This document shows, in pieces, positions 34,480-46,593 of a stretch of DNA of 48,394 nucleotides. Positions within the stretch are counted from its first letter, which is position 1. Each line of letters opens with the position of its first letter. Location of the stretch: the NCBI GenBank assembly GCA_013239625.1, contig MU053379.1:1606974-1655367 (forward strand), written 5' to 3'. Below the pieces are notes generated by a model. The model did not search any database. It saw only the letters and a list, made by a program, of their open reading frames with translations, and was not told the DNA's origin. Position numbers and translations under genes: made by a program. The DNA comes from Lama guanicoe (Eukaryota).

Positions 34480-36090
34480 TCGCCGTTTCAGGCTCCGCTG
34501 ACCATTTTGCATCCCACCAGCAGTGAACAGGTGATCTTGTTCCACATTCTCAGCAGCAGTTGGTGTTGTCAGTGTTCCAGATTTTGGCCATTTTAATAGG
34601 AGTATCTTATTGTTGTTTTAATTTGCATTTCTCTGATGACACGTGATGTGGAGCATCTTTTCATATGCTTATTTTCCATCTGTACATCTTCTTTGGTGAC
34701 TGTTAAAGTGTTTCACCCATTTTTAAATTGGTCTGTCCATTTTCTCATTGTTGAGTTTTAAAAGTTCTTTATATATTTTGGATAACTGTCCTTTATCAGA
34801 TGTGTCTTTTGCAAATATTTTCTCCCAGTCTGTGGCTTTTCTTCTCTTTCTCTTGTGTCTTTCGCAGAGCAGAGGTTTTACATTTTAATGAATTCTAGCT
34901 CATCAATTATTTCTTTCACAGATCACGCCTTTGGTATCTAAAAAGTCATCATCATACCCTTGATCATCTAGGTTTTATCATTTTGCATCTTGTACTTACA
35001 TGGATAATACATTTTGTGTTAAGTTTTTGTGAAGGATGTAAGGTCCGTGTCCAGATGCACCTTAATCTATTTGCAAATGGCTGTCCGGTTGTTCCAGCAC
35101 CGTTTGTTGAAGAGACTATATTTGTTCCATTGTATCTCCTTCTCTCCTTTGTCAAGGATCAGTTCACTATATTTATGTGAGTCTATTTCTAGTCTCACTA
35201 GTATGTTTCATTGATCTGTTTGTCTCTTATTTCACCAATACCCTTGATATCTCGATTATCATTGCTTTGTAGTAAGTCTTGAAGTTGGGTAGTGTCAATC
35301 CTCCAATTTTGTTCTCCTTCAATGTTGTGTTGGTTATTCTGGGTTTTTGTCTGTCCATATAAACTTTAGAATCAGTTTGTTAATATCCACAAAATAACTT
35401 GCTGGGATTTTGTGAGATTGCATTGAATTTATAGATCAAGTTGGGAAGAACTGACATCTTGACAATATGGAGTCTTCATATCTATGAACATGGAACATTT
35501 CTCCATTTCTTTAATTCGTCTTTAATATCTTTCATCAAAGCTTTGCAGTTTTCTTCATATAGAGCTTGGACATATTTTGTTTGATTTACACCTAAGTATT
35601 TCATTTTGGAATGGAGCTACTATAAATGGCGTTTTGTTTTTAATTTCAAATTTCGCTTGTTTATTGCTGATATCGGGAAAATGATAGACTCTTGTATATT
35701 AACCTCATATCATTGTATCCTCCAACCTTGCTATAGGTGCTTGTTAGTTCCAGGAGGGGTTTTTTTTTTTTGATCAGTTCTTTCAGATTTTCTATATAGA
35801 CGATTATGTCATCTGTGAATAAAGGTAGTCCTATTTCTTCCTTTCCAACTTGTATGTTTTATTTCCTTTTCTTGTCTTGTCGCATTAGCTAGAACTTCCA
35901 GTATGACATTGAAATGGAGTGATAGGAGGGGATATCTTTAACTTGTGCTTGATCATAGTGGAAAGCTTTGAGTTTCTCACCATTAAGTATGATGTTAGCT
36001 GTGGGGGTTTTGTAGATATTCTTTTTCAAATTGAGGAAGTTTCTTCTTTATTCCCAGTTTGCTAAGAGTTTTTTTTACCACAAGTGCCTG
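34480..36090 (-). mobile_element. Older L1 (L1MB/MC-like) ORF2 fragment
   Basis: ttgcatcccaccagcagtg, ttccagcaccgtttgttgaagagactat and tatagatcaagttgggaagaactgacatcttgacaatat. Confidence 0.9.
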
Positions 36091-36102
36091 TTTGATTTTA
36101 AG

Positions 36103-36450
36103 AGCAGCAGTTGTGCCTAGCTACTTTTCTCAACCTCCTTCCAACTAGATATGTCTGCGTAAGTCTGGGCTATTGAGAAATAAGCAGAAGGTAGGATTTC
36201 TAGAATTGTTTCTTAAAGTGGGTCTAATGATAGCCAGGAAATGCCTCTTTAGTCTTTCCTTCCTTTTTCCTGTGCCTGGAATCTAGGTGGGATGGCTGGA
36301 TATAGTCACCATCTTGGACCATGAGGATAAGCCATGTATGAAGATGGAAGTTGTGTGATAAGGAAGGTGGAATAGAAAGAGCTAAAGACTTATGTCCTTG
36401 AAGATTTTATACCACAACTGTTATACTCGTTGTAGACTATCACCTCTGGG
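36103..36450 (+). mobile_element. MLT1J-like LTR
   Basis: tgcctggaat...gatggctgga...caccatcttggaccatgagga. Confidence 0.6.
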
Positions 36451-36461
36451 ATTGGGGTCTA

Positions 36462-36640
36462 TGATAGTTTTTCTTTGCTGTGAAACTCCCTGCCACAAAC
36501 TTAGCAGCTTAAAACAACACAAACTTATTATCACAGTTTCGGTGGGTCAGGAGTCCAGGTACAGATTAGGGCCCTCTGTTCAGGGTCTTCTGATGATCGT
36601 CATGTCCTGTCTGGACCTTCACAGTGACCTTACCATTGGG
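36462..36640 (-). mobile_element. MLT1 LTR fragment
   Basis: ccacaaacttagcagcttaaaacaacacaaacttattatcacagtttc. Confidence 0.7.
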
Positions 36641-36667
36641 TCTCTTTTCTTTCTGCTGCTTCTGGCT

Positions 36668-37097
36668 TGTGGCTGATTGCACCATCGGTCCCAATTCTTA
36701 ATTCCTTTGTAATGGAATCACTTTTCCATTCTCTTTCCGTGGTCTATGGTGGATGGTGCTTGATTTGGGGCTTGGTTATTTGTTTTGACCACTGGGATGT
36801 TCGTAAGTGTGATATGAGCAATGGCTTGAAATGTGCTTGTGCAGTCAGGCTCGACTTCATGCACTTCTGCCATCACCATGAAAAGAAAATGCTCTGGGTA
36901 GCTTCTGGCTAAGGAGGAGGAAAGACACATGAAGCAGAACGGAACCCCATGCATTGTCCGGAGCCAAGGCCAGCCAGTCCGAGCCAAGGCCAGCCACACT
37001 TAGCCAGAATACAGGTGCAGGAGTGAGAAAAGTATGCTGATTATTGTATGCCGCTCCCATTTTGGAGTTTTTGTCCCTCAGCAAGAGCTGACTGAAA
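36668..37097 (+). mobile_element. MLT1I-like LTR with an internal 20-bp tandem duplication (36956-36996)
   Basis: ggcttgaaatgtgcttgtgcag, ctgccatcaccatgaaaagaa, end agctgactgaaa, and gagccaaggccagcca twice. Confidence 0.7.
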
Positions 37098-37199
37098 TGT
37101 GCTTCTCATCTATTCTCCCCACTGCCAAAGTCTCTGTTGTGAAATGGAGGTCGGTCTTGTTGCTGGTTGGTATGCGGTGTCAGATTTTTCCTGCAGGGT

Positions 37200-37665
37200 G
37201 AAATTCCAAGTGCTTTTCCCGACACGTGAGCCCTGCCTTGCCGAGTCTCAGCTTCTCACTCCCATCTCACTCCCATCTCACTCCACCGTGACCCCGACTC
37301 ACAGGCCGGTATGTAAAGGTCTGAAGCATTTTGGATTTGACTCCCTCATGCCTTTGTCTTCTCTTTCCTTCTGCTGGACTCTCACGCCAGACCTGCTTTG
37401 TCAGTGCTCACTTACTCCTTACTCTTCAAAGCAAGCTCAAGCACCACCACCCTGTGAAGCCTCGTTTTGCTCTCACAGAAGTGGCCCGTGGATGACCCCA
37501 CGGCCCCTCACAGCCAGTGCTGTTAGGGTGCCCGGTTCGTGCACTGCAGCAGACTGTCTGCAACTGGCCTGGGCTGGAGCTTAGAGAAGCAACTCTTTTA
37601 TTTACCCTTGTGTCCTTTGTATCTGTGCTAACTCACTTCCTGGCACATGGTGGATGCTCAAGACA
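37200..37665 (+). mobile_element. Degenerate L2 containing an 11-bp tandem repeat (tctcactccca about x3, 37254-37284)
   Basis: 3' end cctggcacatggtggatgctcaa; tandem repeat read directly. Confidence 0.45.
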
Positions 37666-38161
37666 GGAGCAGCGAGTCAGTCTGAAGGGGCATCAGGCAG
37701 CCTGCCCTTCTTGGCCGCGCGATGAGCTCGTGGAGAGCGGGTTAGTTCCGAGGTCTCACGGAAGCAGCGTTCCCGTGGTTTCAGGGTAACCCTGCCCGGA
37801 AGGGAGCTCTGCTTGGAAGGGTCCATGTTGCAGACTCCGCCGGCTCCATCCCAGGACTGACGGGGAGGCTGCACAGCACTAGGGCTGGAGCACAGGACTC
37901 AGAGTCAAGAGAAGCCGCGTGTCTCTCTGAGCTTCAGGCTCTTTGTACGATGAGGCTCTCGGATCTGAGAGTCTCCCCAGGCACTCCTGACTCTGACGTA
38001 CAATTGCTGCATTCTGCAGGAGTTTGGAAGCAAGGAGTCCCCCCAGAATCGCCCAGGTCCCCAGGAGGCACGAAGAGCGGTGAAGGATGGGGCAGCTGGG
38101 TAACGGGAGCCAGCCCCTCATCCTGGGCGGGGAGCTCGGGTCTCACCCACGTCCCTGTACG

Positions 38162-38610
38162 TGTACTCCTGTTACCCATCTTCTGGACGAAACGGACACC
38201 AACACTTAGTGGCTTAGAACAATAACTTAGTGTTACTTCTCCCATTTGTGTGGGTTGGCTGGGCTTACCTGGGCAGGGATGCGCTGGCGCAGTTGAGGTC
38301 AGATGGGGTTGCACATCCCCGATGCCTCATGCACATGGCTAGCGGTTGATGCTGGCTGTTGGCTAGGGCTGTCCCTAGAGCGCCGGTGTGTGGCCTCGCC
38401 AATATGGTGGCTGTATTCCAAGTGGGAGCGACCTGAGAATGCGAGTTCCCAGTGAGAGACCCACGCACAAGTTGCAAGACTTCTTCCAATCTAGGCCCAG
38501 AAATCCTAGGACATATTTCTGCCACATTCTTGGACAGGCAGTCACTAAAGCCAGTCCCCACCTCTCCCAGGAGGAGTGCTGAGGACTTTGCAGCCATCTT
38601 CAGTCACCCT
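38162..38610 (-). mobile_element. MLT1 (G/H-like) LTR
   Basis: cttagtggcttagaacaataa, gttgatgctggctgttggct and tttgcagccatctt. Confidence 0.75.
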
Positions 38611-39059
38611 GGGCAAAGTGCTGAGATCGTGGACCTGGGAAACGCTTCAGGCCTGGAAAAGTCCAGGTGAACGTGGCCGGACGTCTCAGGGAGCCTGCTG
38701 GGGGCGCTGTCCTCAAGGTGAGAGTCTAGATCTCACCGGGTCTGTAATCACTGCATCTCTCTGAGGTCCACCTTCAGATGTTTTTTTTAAAGGAGAGTTT
38801 CAAGGGTTTTAAAGGTAATGTCATGACGGGTCCGGTGTGGGTCCCTAACGTGTGCTGAGCGAGCTGCTCCCTGGGCGCTCTGAGGCCAGCCTCAGCGCCT
38901 GAAGCCGAGCACAGAGACTCAGGTTCGACCCGACCTTACAGAAGGAGGTGCTTTCTTAGACTGAGGCCTCCCAGGAGCCTGGGCAGAGCTTGGAGAGAAC
39001 CCTTCTCTTCCCATGGAAACATGGAAAACAACGCACCGGACATTCATCAAATTTCTCAC

Positions 39060-39081
39060 CGGTCTATGTGCCTCTTGGTAT
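39060..39081 (-). pseudogene. Candidate 22-nt micro-exon: (N)TKRHID(R)
   Basis: Acceptor taattttggcaacag|AT, donor CCG|gtgaga. The phase-1 start fits exon 39172-39234 across a 90-nt intron. Confidence 0.45.
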
Positions 39082-39171
39082 CTGTTGCCAAAATTACATA
39101 CAAGATGGAGACCAGAGCTGAGAATTCCTATTTAAGCCACACAAACAGAACTGAATCTGTCTTCTACATAC

Positions 39172-39234
39172 TTAGGCTATTTTTTGTCAATCTCTGATAA
39201 TCATAGAAGATGCCTAGGCCACCTTCCTGAAAAT
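39172..39234 (-). pseudogene. Candidate exon (63 nt): FQEGGLGIFYDYQRLTKNSL
   Basis: Acceptor atcatctcacag|AT, donor TAA|gtatgt. Open, phase 1 to 1. Confidence 0.5.
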
Positions 39235-40354
39235 CTGTGAGATGATCATTTTAAACCAACCCTCTGCCATCTGGGAGCTCCCACTGCAATCACCGTTCAT
39301 TTTAAAGACTGAACGACCTCCTCATTTTCACTTTACAAACCATCCTGTAACATCACACCCCTGAGTCTCATATAAGTTTAAAATTTTAAAGTTCCCAGTT
39401 TGCAAACTGTCCTCATATGCACAGTAGCCTCTTACTAAATACTATTTCTTAATCTGGTGGTTTTCATTTTGCTGTTTCTGGGGTTTTGACACCATTGATT
39501 GGTTTTCCACTTGAAAACTGGGTCCACGGTTGCAGCCTGTGGCCTTTGCCACACCCCTGTCCTCTGGTGTATTGTGAACTTGAAAGGGAGTTACTAACTG
39601 AAAACCCTTTCTGAAAAAGGCCAAGGGCATCCTCTTCCTGTGCTGTTACCTGCCGTTCGTCCCATTGCACTGAGATCGCATCGAGGGTAGGAACTGGGTT
39701 CTCCTCATCCCTGTATCCCATTTGGGCCTCATTTGTACACACAGGGCTCTCGGTGAGGTGGAGACTGTGGTTGGAGGAATTAAAAAGCTCCAAACTGCCC
39801 TACTGACTGTTCCCGTGGGAATCCCTCCACGAGTCTCCAAATGGCCCTAAATCCAGTGCTTTGAAGAAGATGTTTTACTCCTAAAAGGAAGAGCACTGTA
39901 TTTTCCATCTTGATGGATTGGTGGCCCGGCCAGGGCAAGGAGAGGTGACTCACCGCAGACAGGGATCGGGGGCACAGTGGGGGAGGAGGTCTTGGCTGGC
40001 CGTGCTGCTCGGGGACGCGCTCCAAGGCTGGGCTCGCCCTGCTCGTTGCCTGCATTTAGTCACGGGGGTCGTCAGGTTCTGTGGCATGTGGCCCTGACTC
40101 TTAGCTCTGAGAAGCATAGAAAGGTGGGTTAAGGACAGTCTGGGTCCAAAACCTGCCATAAATTTGTCATGATTCGACTTCCCTTTTAGGCACTGCACTG
40201 TGTATGTGGATCTGCGGGTGTCTGATGGAGGCCTGGGAACCAGATAGCTCGAGGACAGCTGGCTCCTCCACCGCATGCTCTTGGCTGTCTGGGTGTTAGT
40301 GTCAGCGGAAAGAATGCAAAGGCAGTAACTTGCCCCGGGGAGGGCGGCACTCAC

Positions 40355-40455
40355 CCTGCCTCCTCCCTCCCCCTGGGATTAGCGGTTGGCTCGTTTCTTC
40401 AGAATGATGAAGTCGAATGGTTCTTTCTGGAGCAGGAAGCTCTTCTCTGGTGGGC
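40355..40455 (-). pseudogene. Exon (101 nt): PTREELPAPERTIRLHHSEETSQPLIPGGGRRQ
   Basis: Strong acceptor ccccttcttgctgcccccag|G, strong donor AGG|gtgagt. Open in the phase 2 to 1 frame. Confidence 0.55.
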
Positions 40456-40531
40456 CTGGGGGCAGCAAGAAGGGGCCTTTCTGGACTGAAGCCAGACAGT
40501 AACGAGGCCCTGAGTCATCAATAGTGGACTC

Positions 40532-40966
40532 TGCCTTGGTTTGAGCAGAGCCTGAGACCACAGTTTGGGTGCAGGTGGTTCTCTGGGAGGCAATCCCAGG
40601 GGGCGGGAGGGAGAAGGAAGGAGGGTGAGACAAGGGAGGGGAAATTAAAATGAGGGGGTATTACTGTGAGAAGCAGGGCTCCATTCTGCCAAGACCTCAG
40701 AAGCACAGCTCAGACCCCGTGGTTGTGGGCAGCGCCTGGCGTGTTGACTTCTCTGCCATCCTGGCTGCTCTTACCCTGGACCTCGAAGGGTCTGCAGTGT
40801 TGTAGAAGGCTCTCTGGGAAGAAAGGGGGTACACAGGTGGGGTGGCCTTGAGGTGGGAAGCTGTCAGCGAGACCGAGTCTGTGCTCTCAAGGAGCTGTCC
40901 ACGAAGCAGGTTAGAACCAGAGGTGGGCCGAGCAGACGCGATGTGGGACATCGGCTACTTTCCACA
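40532..40966 (-). mobile_element. LTR33/LTR16-like ERVL LTR
   Basis: agcagagcctgagac...tttgggtgcaggtggtt at left; gaggtgggccgag...ccaca at right. Confidence 0.55.
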
Positions 40967-41087
40967 GGGACAGCTTCTGACGAGGAGCAGTGGGCGCCTG
41001 GCGCTCAACTTACTGAGAAGGAAGCAGGAGCAATGGGTTAGGTGGTGAGTTCGACTGTTTCTGCAATGTTTAGAACAGATTTGTCAC

Positions 41088-41172
41088 TGGTTAGAAGACC
41101 GGCCGCTGTCGTCTGCTCCTGGCTCTGCTTTTACCAACTTCAAGTATTTTCTCATCTGAGACCAAAAATATC
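41088..41172 (-). pseudogene. Candidate exon: YFWSQMRKYLKLVKAEPGADDSGRSSN(Q)
   Basis: Acceptor gttttgtag|GA (alternative tttttggtctcag|ATG at 41155). The weak donor CCA|gtgaca gives phase 2, matching exon 40355-40455. Confidence 0.38.
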
Positions 41173-41244
41173 CTACAAAACTGTGCTTCATATTTACCAT
41201 CAGTTTTACCATTTTTCCCCTCTTAATTTCTTTAAGCAAATCCA

Positions 41245-41440
41245 AATATTTGAAACAGTTGAAGAGATAATGACCAGGAATTGTTTAAAATAATGAAAGC
41301 CACAAGCAAGAGGCTTGGTGTAACCAAACTTGGAAAAATAAAACACACACACCCACACCCTTAGTCAAACTGCTGAAACCTAAGGTAAAAACTTGAAGGC
41401 ACCCAGAGAAAAAAGGATTATCACATAAAGAAAAAAAGGG
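41245..41440 (+). mobile_element. Old L1 ORF1 segment, inverted relative to the adjacent L1
   Basis: ttgaagagataatgaccaggaatt (EEIM..N) and agtcaaactgctgaaacctaag...gaaggcacccagagaaaaa, typical of L1 ORF1. Confidence 0.55.
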
Positions 41441-42950
41441 TATTTTCTGTTCCATTCTCTTGCTCTCTTTTCTCCTCTTCAATCACATGTATGTTAGACC
41501 ACCTCCTTTGTCCCATAGCTTTTGCAAGTTTATTGTTTTATCATTCTTTTTTCTTTTTAGGTGTTAGTACGTATAATTTTTATTGATTTATCTTTCAGTT
41601 CCCCGATTCCTTTCTCGGCTGTATCCAGCCTGCCGATAAGGCCAGAAAAAGGATTAATTTCTGAGACTGCATTTTTGTTTTTGTTTTGTTTTGCTTTGCT
41701 TTGTTTTGAGACTGCATTTTGTATCCCTAGCATTTCCATTTAACTCTTTTTGACTGCCTGCTGAAATTCCGTGTTAGTTTTGTTCCCATTTGATTCACTA
41801 GATTCATGTTCAATTTTTCTGCTAGATTTTTTTTTAACATAGTGATCATAGTTATTTTAAAGTCTGTGTCTGACAGTTCCCACCTTGGAGGCCTCTGAGT
41901 CTGGTTCTGTTGGTCGTTTTCTCTCTCTACAATGAGTTGTTCTTTCTTGTGTTTTCGTGTATCTCAAAAGTTTTTTTTAATTGCATTGGTTGTAGAAAAG
42001 CAGTAGAGACTGAGGTGAGTACTACTCACACCTGGAAGGGGGCCTGTCCCGCTGTCAGGCAGCTGGCATGGTGGCTGGGCCAGTCTCGTCAGGACTGAGC
42101 TGGGCTTTGAGGTGGTTTCTGCATCGTCCCCTCAGTGCACCCCAGACCTCAGACCCGTCTGCAGTGGGCTGCTGTTGTCTTGTGCTTTGTGTGCGGATTG
42201 GGGTGCTCGGGGGGTGGCTCAGTGTTCCTGGTTCACACTCAGCTTTCAGGAGCATCTGGTGGTCAATTCTCCAAGATCTTGACCCTCCGCAGGAACAGGT
42301 GTGTTGCCTGTTAGCTTGGTGCTCCTGATGGGGACTGGGGGGAAGGGCACCTCACGTTTCCTGGTCCATCCTCCAGCTTGGGCAGGGGCTATATACCGGA
42401 GTCTCAGAGATACGGATTTATCAGTGCATCTCCCACTGCCACAGAAACCAAACTCTGCAGAGTTTATCTGTGTTGGGTGTCAGTTGGGAGAGAGTGTCCT
42501 GCCTCTCCCCCAGCAGTAGCAAACCTGTGTGTTGCGCTGGTGCAAGATTCTGGGATAAGAGTATTTCCTTCTCCTCCTCCAGCAGCTTACGGTTGTTGCT
42601 TCATCTGAGGGAGCATCAGGAGGGTGGGGAGGGCGTCATGCCTGTACCGCCAGGGCAGGGGGTCCCCCCCTGCACACCTCCACCACCTGGGAGCCTTTCC
42701 CATGTGCTCCTGGGGAAGGTCTGTGGCAAAGAATTTGCGAGTGACTGTGACCTCTCTTTGTGTCTGGGACTCCCAGTAATTCTAAACTGATATGCTGGTC
42801 TGCACTTGGCTGATGAGAATTCATTAAAATTTGAGCTGATTTCTGCTCGTCTACTTCTGTGGTGGACTCCCCTGCCAGGCCGCTGTGACCTGACAAAGGT
42901 CCAACAGTTGGTGTGACCCGTCTCTCCTTGACGGGTGTTCATTGTTTGGA
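41441..42950 (-). mobile_element. Old L1 (L1ME/HAL1-like) ORF1 and 5' region
   Basis: Minus-strand peptides FSGLIGRLDTAEKGIGELKDKSIKII and WSNIHVIEEEKREQENGTE match the L1 ORF1 coiled-coil region. Right boundary approximate. Confidence 0.65.
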
Positions 42951-43857
42951 ATTTAGTTCACTTGGTTGCAGTCAGCTCTGCAGACTCAGAAAGATGCGTT
43001 TGTAGATTTCCTGACCTTTCCTCATTGTTAGAGTGGGAAGAATTGTCCCCTTGTGACTCTCTGTGTCTTTTGTGGAAGTGGGGCAACTGTTACTTCAGTG
43101 CCTGTCGTGCCCAGGAAACTGGGCCAGGCCCTGTTCATTGACTCTGCTCCATGACTTGTCCCTTCTGGCCAGTATCCCTCAAAGGTGGACAGCTCTTTCC
43201 ACCTTTGGAATCAGGTGACCTCCTGGCCTTCTCCCTAGTCTTTGGGATAGTGAGGCCCCCTCGCGGTTCTGCAACCAGCATGCTGGGACACCTCCTACCT
43301 GGGAGAGGACGGTGGGCGCGCTTTCTTCCATCTAGGGGCAGAGTGGCACGGTTGGAGGGGATCAGGTATGTTGTCCTGACGCCAAGACAGGGTTGACCAG
43401 ATGTCCCTTCCCTGGGGCTGAGCCATACTCTCCAGTAGTGTGAGTTCAAGCAAGCCTCCTCAACGCTGGATCCCAGTTACCTTGTGGGTAAAATGGGAGG
43501 TTGGGTTAACCTCTCTTAGAGTGGATGGTGGACGGTGGACGGCCTCCAGCTCCTGATGGGCCAGCGATTCCTGGGCCCAAACCAGAATCTGCGTTCACAC
43601 AGGTTTCCTCACTCAAGACATAATAAGAGGGCAGCAGCTCTCATGTGGGGATGAGAGATGCTCTGTGTTAAAAGTGGGGCTCACATTCAGGAAGGAGGAA
43701 ACCACAGTTGACCTACTGTGGTTTTCAAACAGGGTTATCCCCCTGCCCCCCGCCATTTCATCCACAGCTCAGACTTCACAGTTTGCTTCGTGGGCTTCCC
43801 TTCAGGTGTCTGCTTGAAGGAAAGGTTTTGTGAAGAAAAAAAAAAAGAACCCCCTTA

Positions 43858-44070
43858 GAAATTAGATCAGCGGTTGCCTGGGGAGTGGGGGCCAGAGGGT
43901 CAGAGGAAGGAGGTGAGAGCATTTGGGAGGGTGGAAGTGTCCTCTGTCTTGGCTGTGGTGGTGGTTATATGGGTGTGTTGTGTGGATTTGGTGAAACTCA
44001 TGGGACTGTATATTAAAATGTGCAAACTGTGTTGTGTATCCATTATACCTCAATGAAATTGATTTAAAAA
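43858..44070 (+). mobile_element. L1ME/MD-type 3' terminus
   Basis: agatcagcggttgcctgggg...ttatacctcaatgaaattgatttaaaaa. Confidence 0.75.
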
Positions 44071-44324
44071 TTGAAAGCCACTGCTTCAGATTAGCGTTTC
44101 TCAAATGTTTAAATATCCACGCTCCTTTTGATCAGACTAAAAACCTCACACTGTTCTTTAGTTACTGAGAATTTCAAAATAAATTAGTTGCAGTGGGAAA
44201 GAGCAAATCAAAACAATGATACTTTTAGAATATGCTCTGTTAATTTGGACGTAAGGATCGTAAGTCAGGTACCAGGCTTGCAACTACTCAGAATTTGTAT
44301 TTCCATTTTATCCTTTTACCTTCA

Positions 44325-44326
<2 letters not shown>

Positions 44327-44355
<29 letters not shown>
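44327..44355. repeat. (TG)14 microsatellite
   Basis: Direct reading. Confidence 0.95.
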
Positions 44356-44360
<5 letters not shown>

Positions 44361-44733
44361 CATTTATTACTGGTGCATCTGAAGCTCCTTGGCTGCCACC
44401 ATTCATCTCAATTCTGACCCCTCCTTGCCTTCCCTCCCTTTCTTCCTGGAGGCGATAGTGTGAAGGTTGGGTGTACATTCTTCCAGCGCATTTTTTGACA
44501 TCTTTTCATATATATACATACATATCTAAGAACAATACATAGTATTATTTTGAACTTTTACTTGTAAATTTATACAATTGGTTTCAAAATATACAGATCA
44601 TTCTGCAATTCGCTTTTTTCAATTACCATTTTATTTTTGAGGTTTACACATAACGACACGTGTCTGGGTCTTGGTAGCTTTTCTTACTGTTGTGCAGATT
44701 TCCATCATACTAATATACCACAATTTAATTTTC

Positions 44734-45046
44734 TTTTAAGAAATTGAAGCACAGTTGATTTACAATGTTGCATTAGTTTCTGGTGTACAGCACAGAGATT
44801 CAGTTATACGTATATATTCTTTTTCATTATAGGTTATTGCAAGTTATCAAATATAGTTACCTGTGCTCTACAGTAGGTCCTTGTTGTTTATCTATTTTGT
44901 ATATAGTAGTTTGTATCTGCTAATCCCAAAATCCTAATTTATCCTTCCCCTCTTACCCCTTTTAGTAGCCATAAGTTTGTTTTCTATGTCTGTGAGTCAG
45001 TTTCTGTTTTGTGTGTCAGTTCATTTATGACTGAGTAGTATTCCAT

Positions 45047-45087
<41 letters not shown>

Positions 45088-45391
45088 AAATATACCACGT
45101 CTGCTTTATCCAGTCGTCTGGTGATGGACATTTAGGTTGCTCTCATGTCTTGGCTATTGTAAATAGTGCTCTGTGAACGTTGGGGTGCATGTATCTTTTC
45201 GAATTAGAGTTTCCTCTGAATATATGCCCAGGAATGGGATTGCTGGATCATATTGTAAGTCTATTTTTAGTTTTTTAGGGAACCGCCATACTGTTCTCCA
45301 TAGCGGCTGCACCAATTTGCATTCCCACCAACAGAGTTCACTTTTCTTCACACTCTCTGCAGCATTTATCATTTGTGGACTTTTTAATGAT
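44734..45391 (-). mobile_element. Cetartiodactyl-type L1 3' end with 15-bp TSD and internal (TG)16 at 45051-45083
   Basis: TSD cacaatttaattttc (44719-44733) / cacaatttagttttc (45392-45406). Peptide [33 protein letters not shown] is the L1 ORF2 end. Confidence 0.92.
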
Positions 45392-45616
45392 CACAATTTA
45401 GTTTTCAGTTCCTCTTTTTTCATTATTGTCAGCAACAATGTGTCTATGACTTCCCTTTTCCTGGCAGGGGGCTCTCTGGGTGGTCCCTGCAGCCGGAACC
45501 CCTTTATCCTGGGGCTGGAATGTGCCTCTCCAGCTACACAGTACATCCCCCCTCCCACTCAAAGACCCGGAGGTGCACATTCTCCTGTCTATTCCTTTGA
45601 CTCCACTGCTCTAGAA

Positions 45617-45827
45617 CATGGGTTAGCAAAGGTTTTCTTAAAGGGTCAGAGAGTAAAGTTTCCAGGCTTTGCCAGCCAACAGGCAAAACCGAGAACATAA
45701 TGTAGGTATTTATGTAACCATTTAAAATGTAACCATTAAAAAATGTAAAAAACCACTCTCGATTACAGGCTATCAAAAAGCACGGACTGGCTGGATTTGG
45801 CTCATGCCCTGTAGTTTGCTGCCCCTG
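45617..45827. mobile_element. MER58-like hAT-Charlie MITE with 8-bp TSD
   Basis: Terminal inverted repeats catgggttagcaaa / tttgctgcccctg. TSD ctctagaa (45609-45616) / ctctagac (45828-45835). Confidence 0.85.
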
Positions 45828-46593
45828 CTCTAGACTCGTCCAGTTCCAGACAGTCTTCTAGTTCTAGTGTGAATTTACTAATAAACAGATAAATTAACAC
45901 ACGCACACACACACACACGTGCAGTGTAAGAAGTCAGGTAGTCGGCACGTGTGCACGTGTGACTGAGGGAAGCCGGGGGAGATGGCGTCTCATCTCCTAC
46001 GAACTTGCTGTTGCCCTTGGCCTTTAAAAGCAACAGGCCGAGGAGTGGCTCCATGTTCCTCCCCAGGCTGCCTCATGCGGCTGTGCCCTCTCTGCTGGCC
46101 ACGTGCCCCTTTCTTTGGTGGGCGGACACACACCGGTGACGCTGCTGTCCCCATGGGTGCTGTAGCTGCAGGGACACAGGAGCCCAGACTTGCCCGCGCC
46201 CTGTGCCTCCCTTACACGGCCTGTGACGTGTGCCTCGGGCAGCAGCTCTCGGTGGTCTTGAGGTGGCGACGCTGCAAGCTGTTCGGAGGAGAAGTGGAAG
46301 GGAGAGTGGCGGAGTGGGCAGCGTTTTGGAAAACAGACATCAGGGAGTGTCACCGGGTTTGACTTCCTCTCTCTAAAGATGGGGCGCAGATGGGCTACAG
46401 GGAGGGCTGGTGTGGGGGAGGTAACCGCCCGCGTTGTCCCCCGAGACAACCAGAGGACACGGATTAGTGGAATAGATGACAGTGGAGCAGACTCAGGTTG
46501 AAGGAGCTGTTGTTTGTTTTAAGTAAAACCCTAGTCCGGGGCAGAATTTGGCACAGCCATCTGGCCTTCCAGCAGGGCGGCATCCAGACGGAC

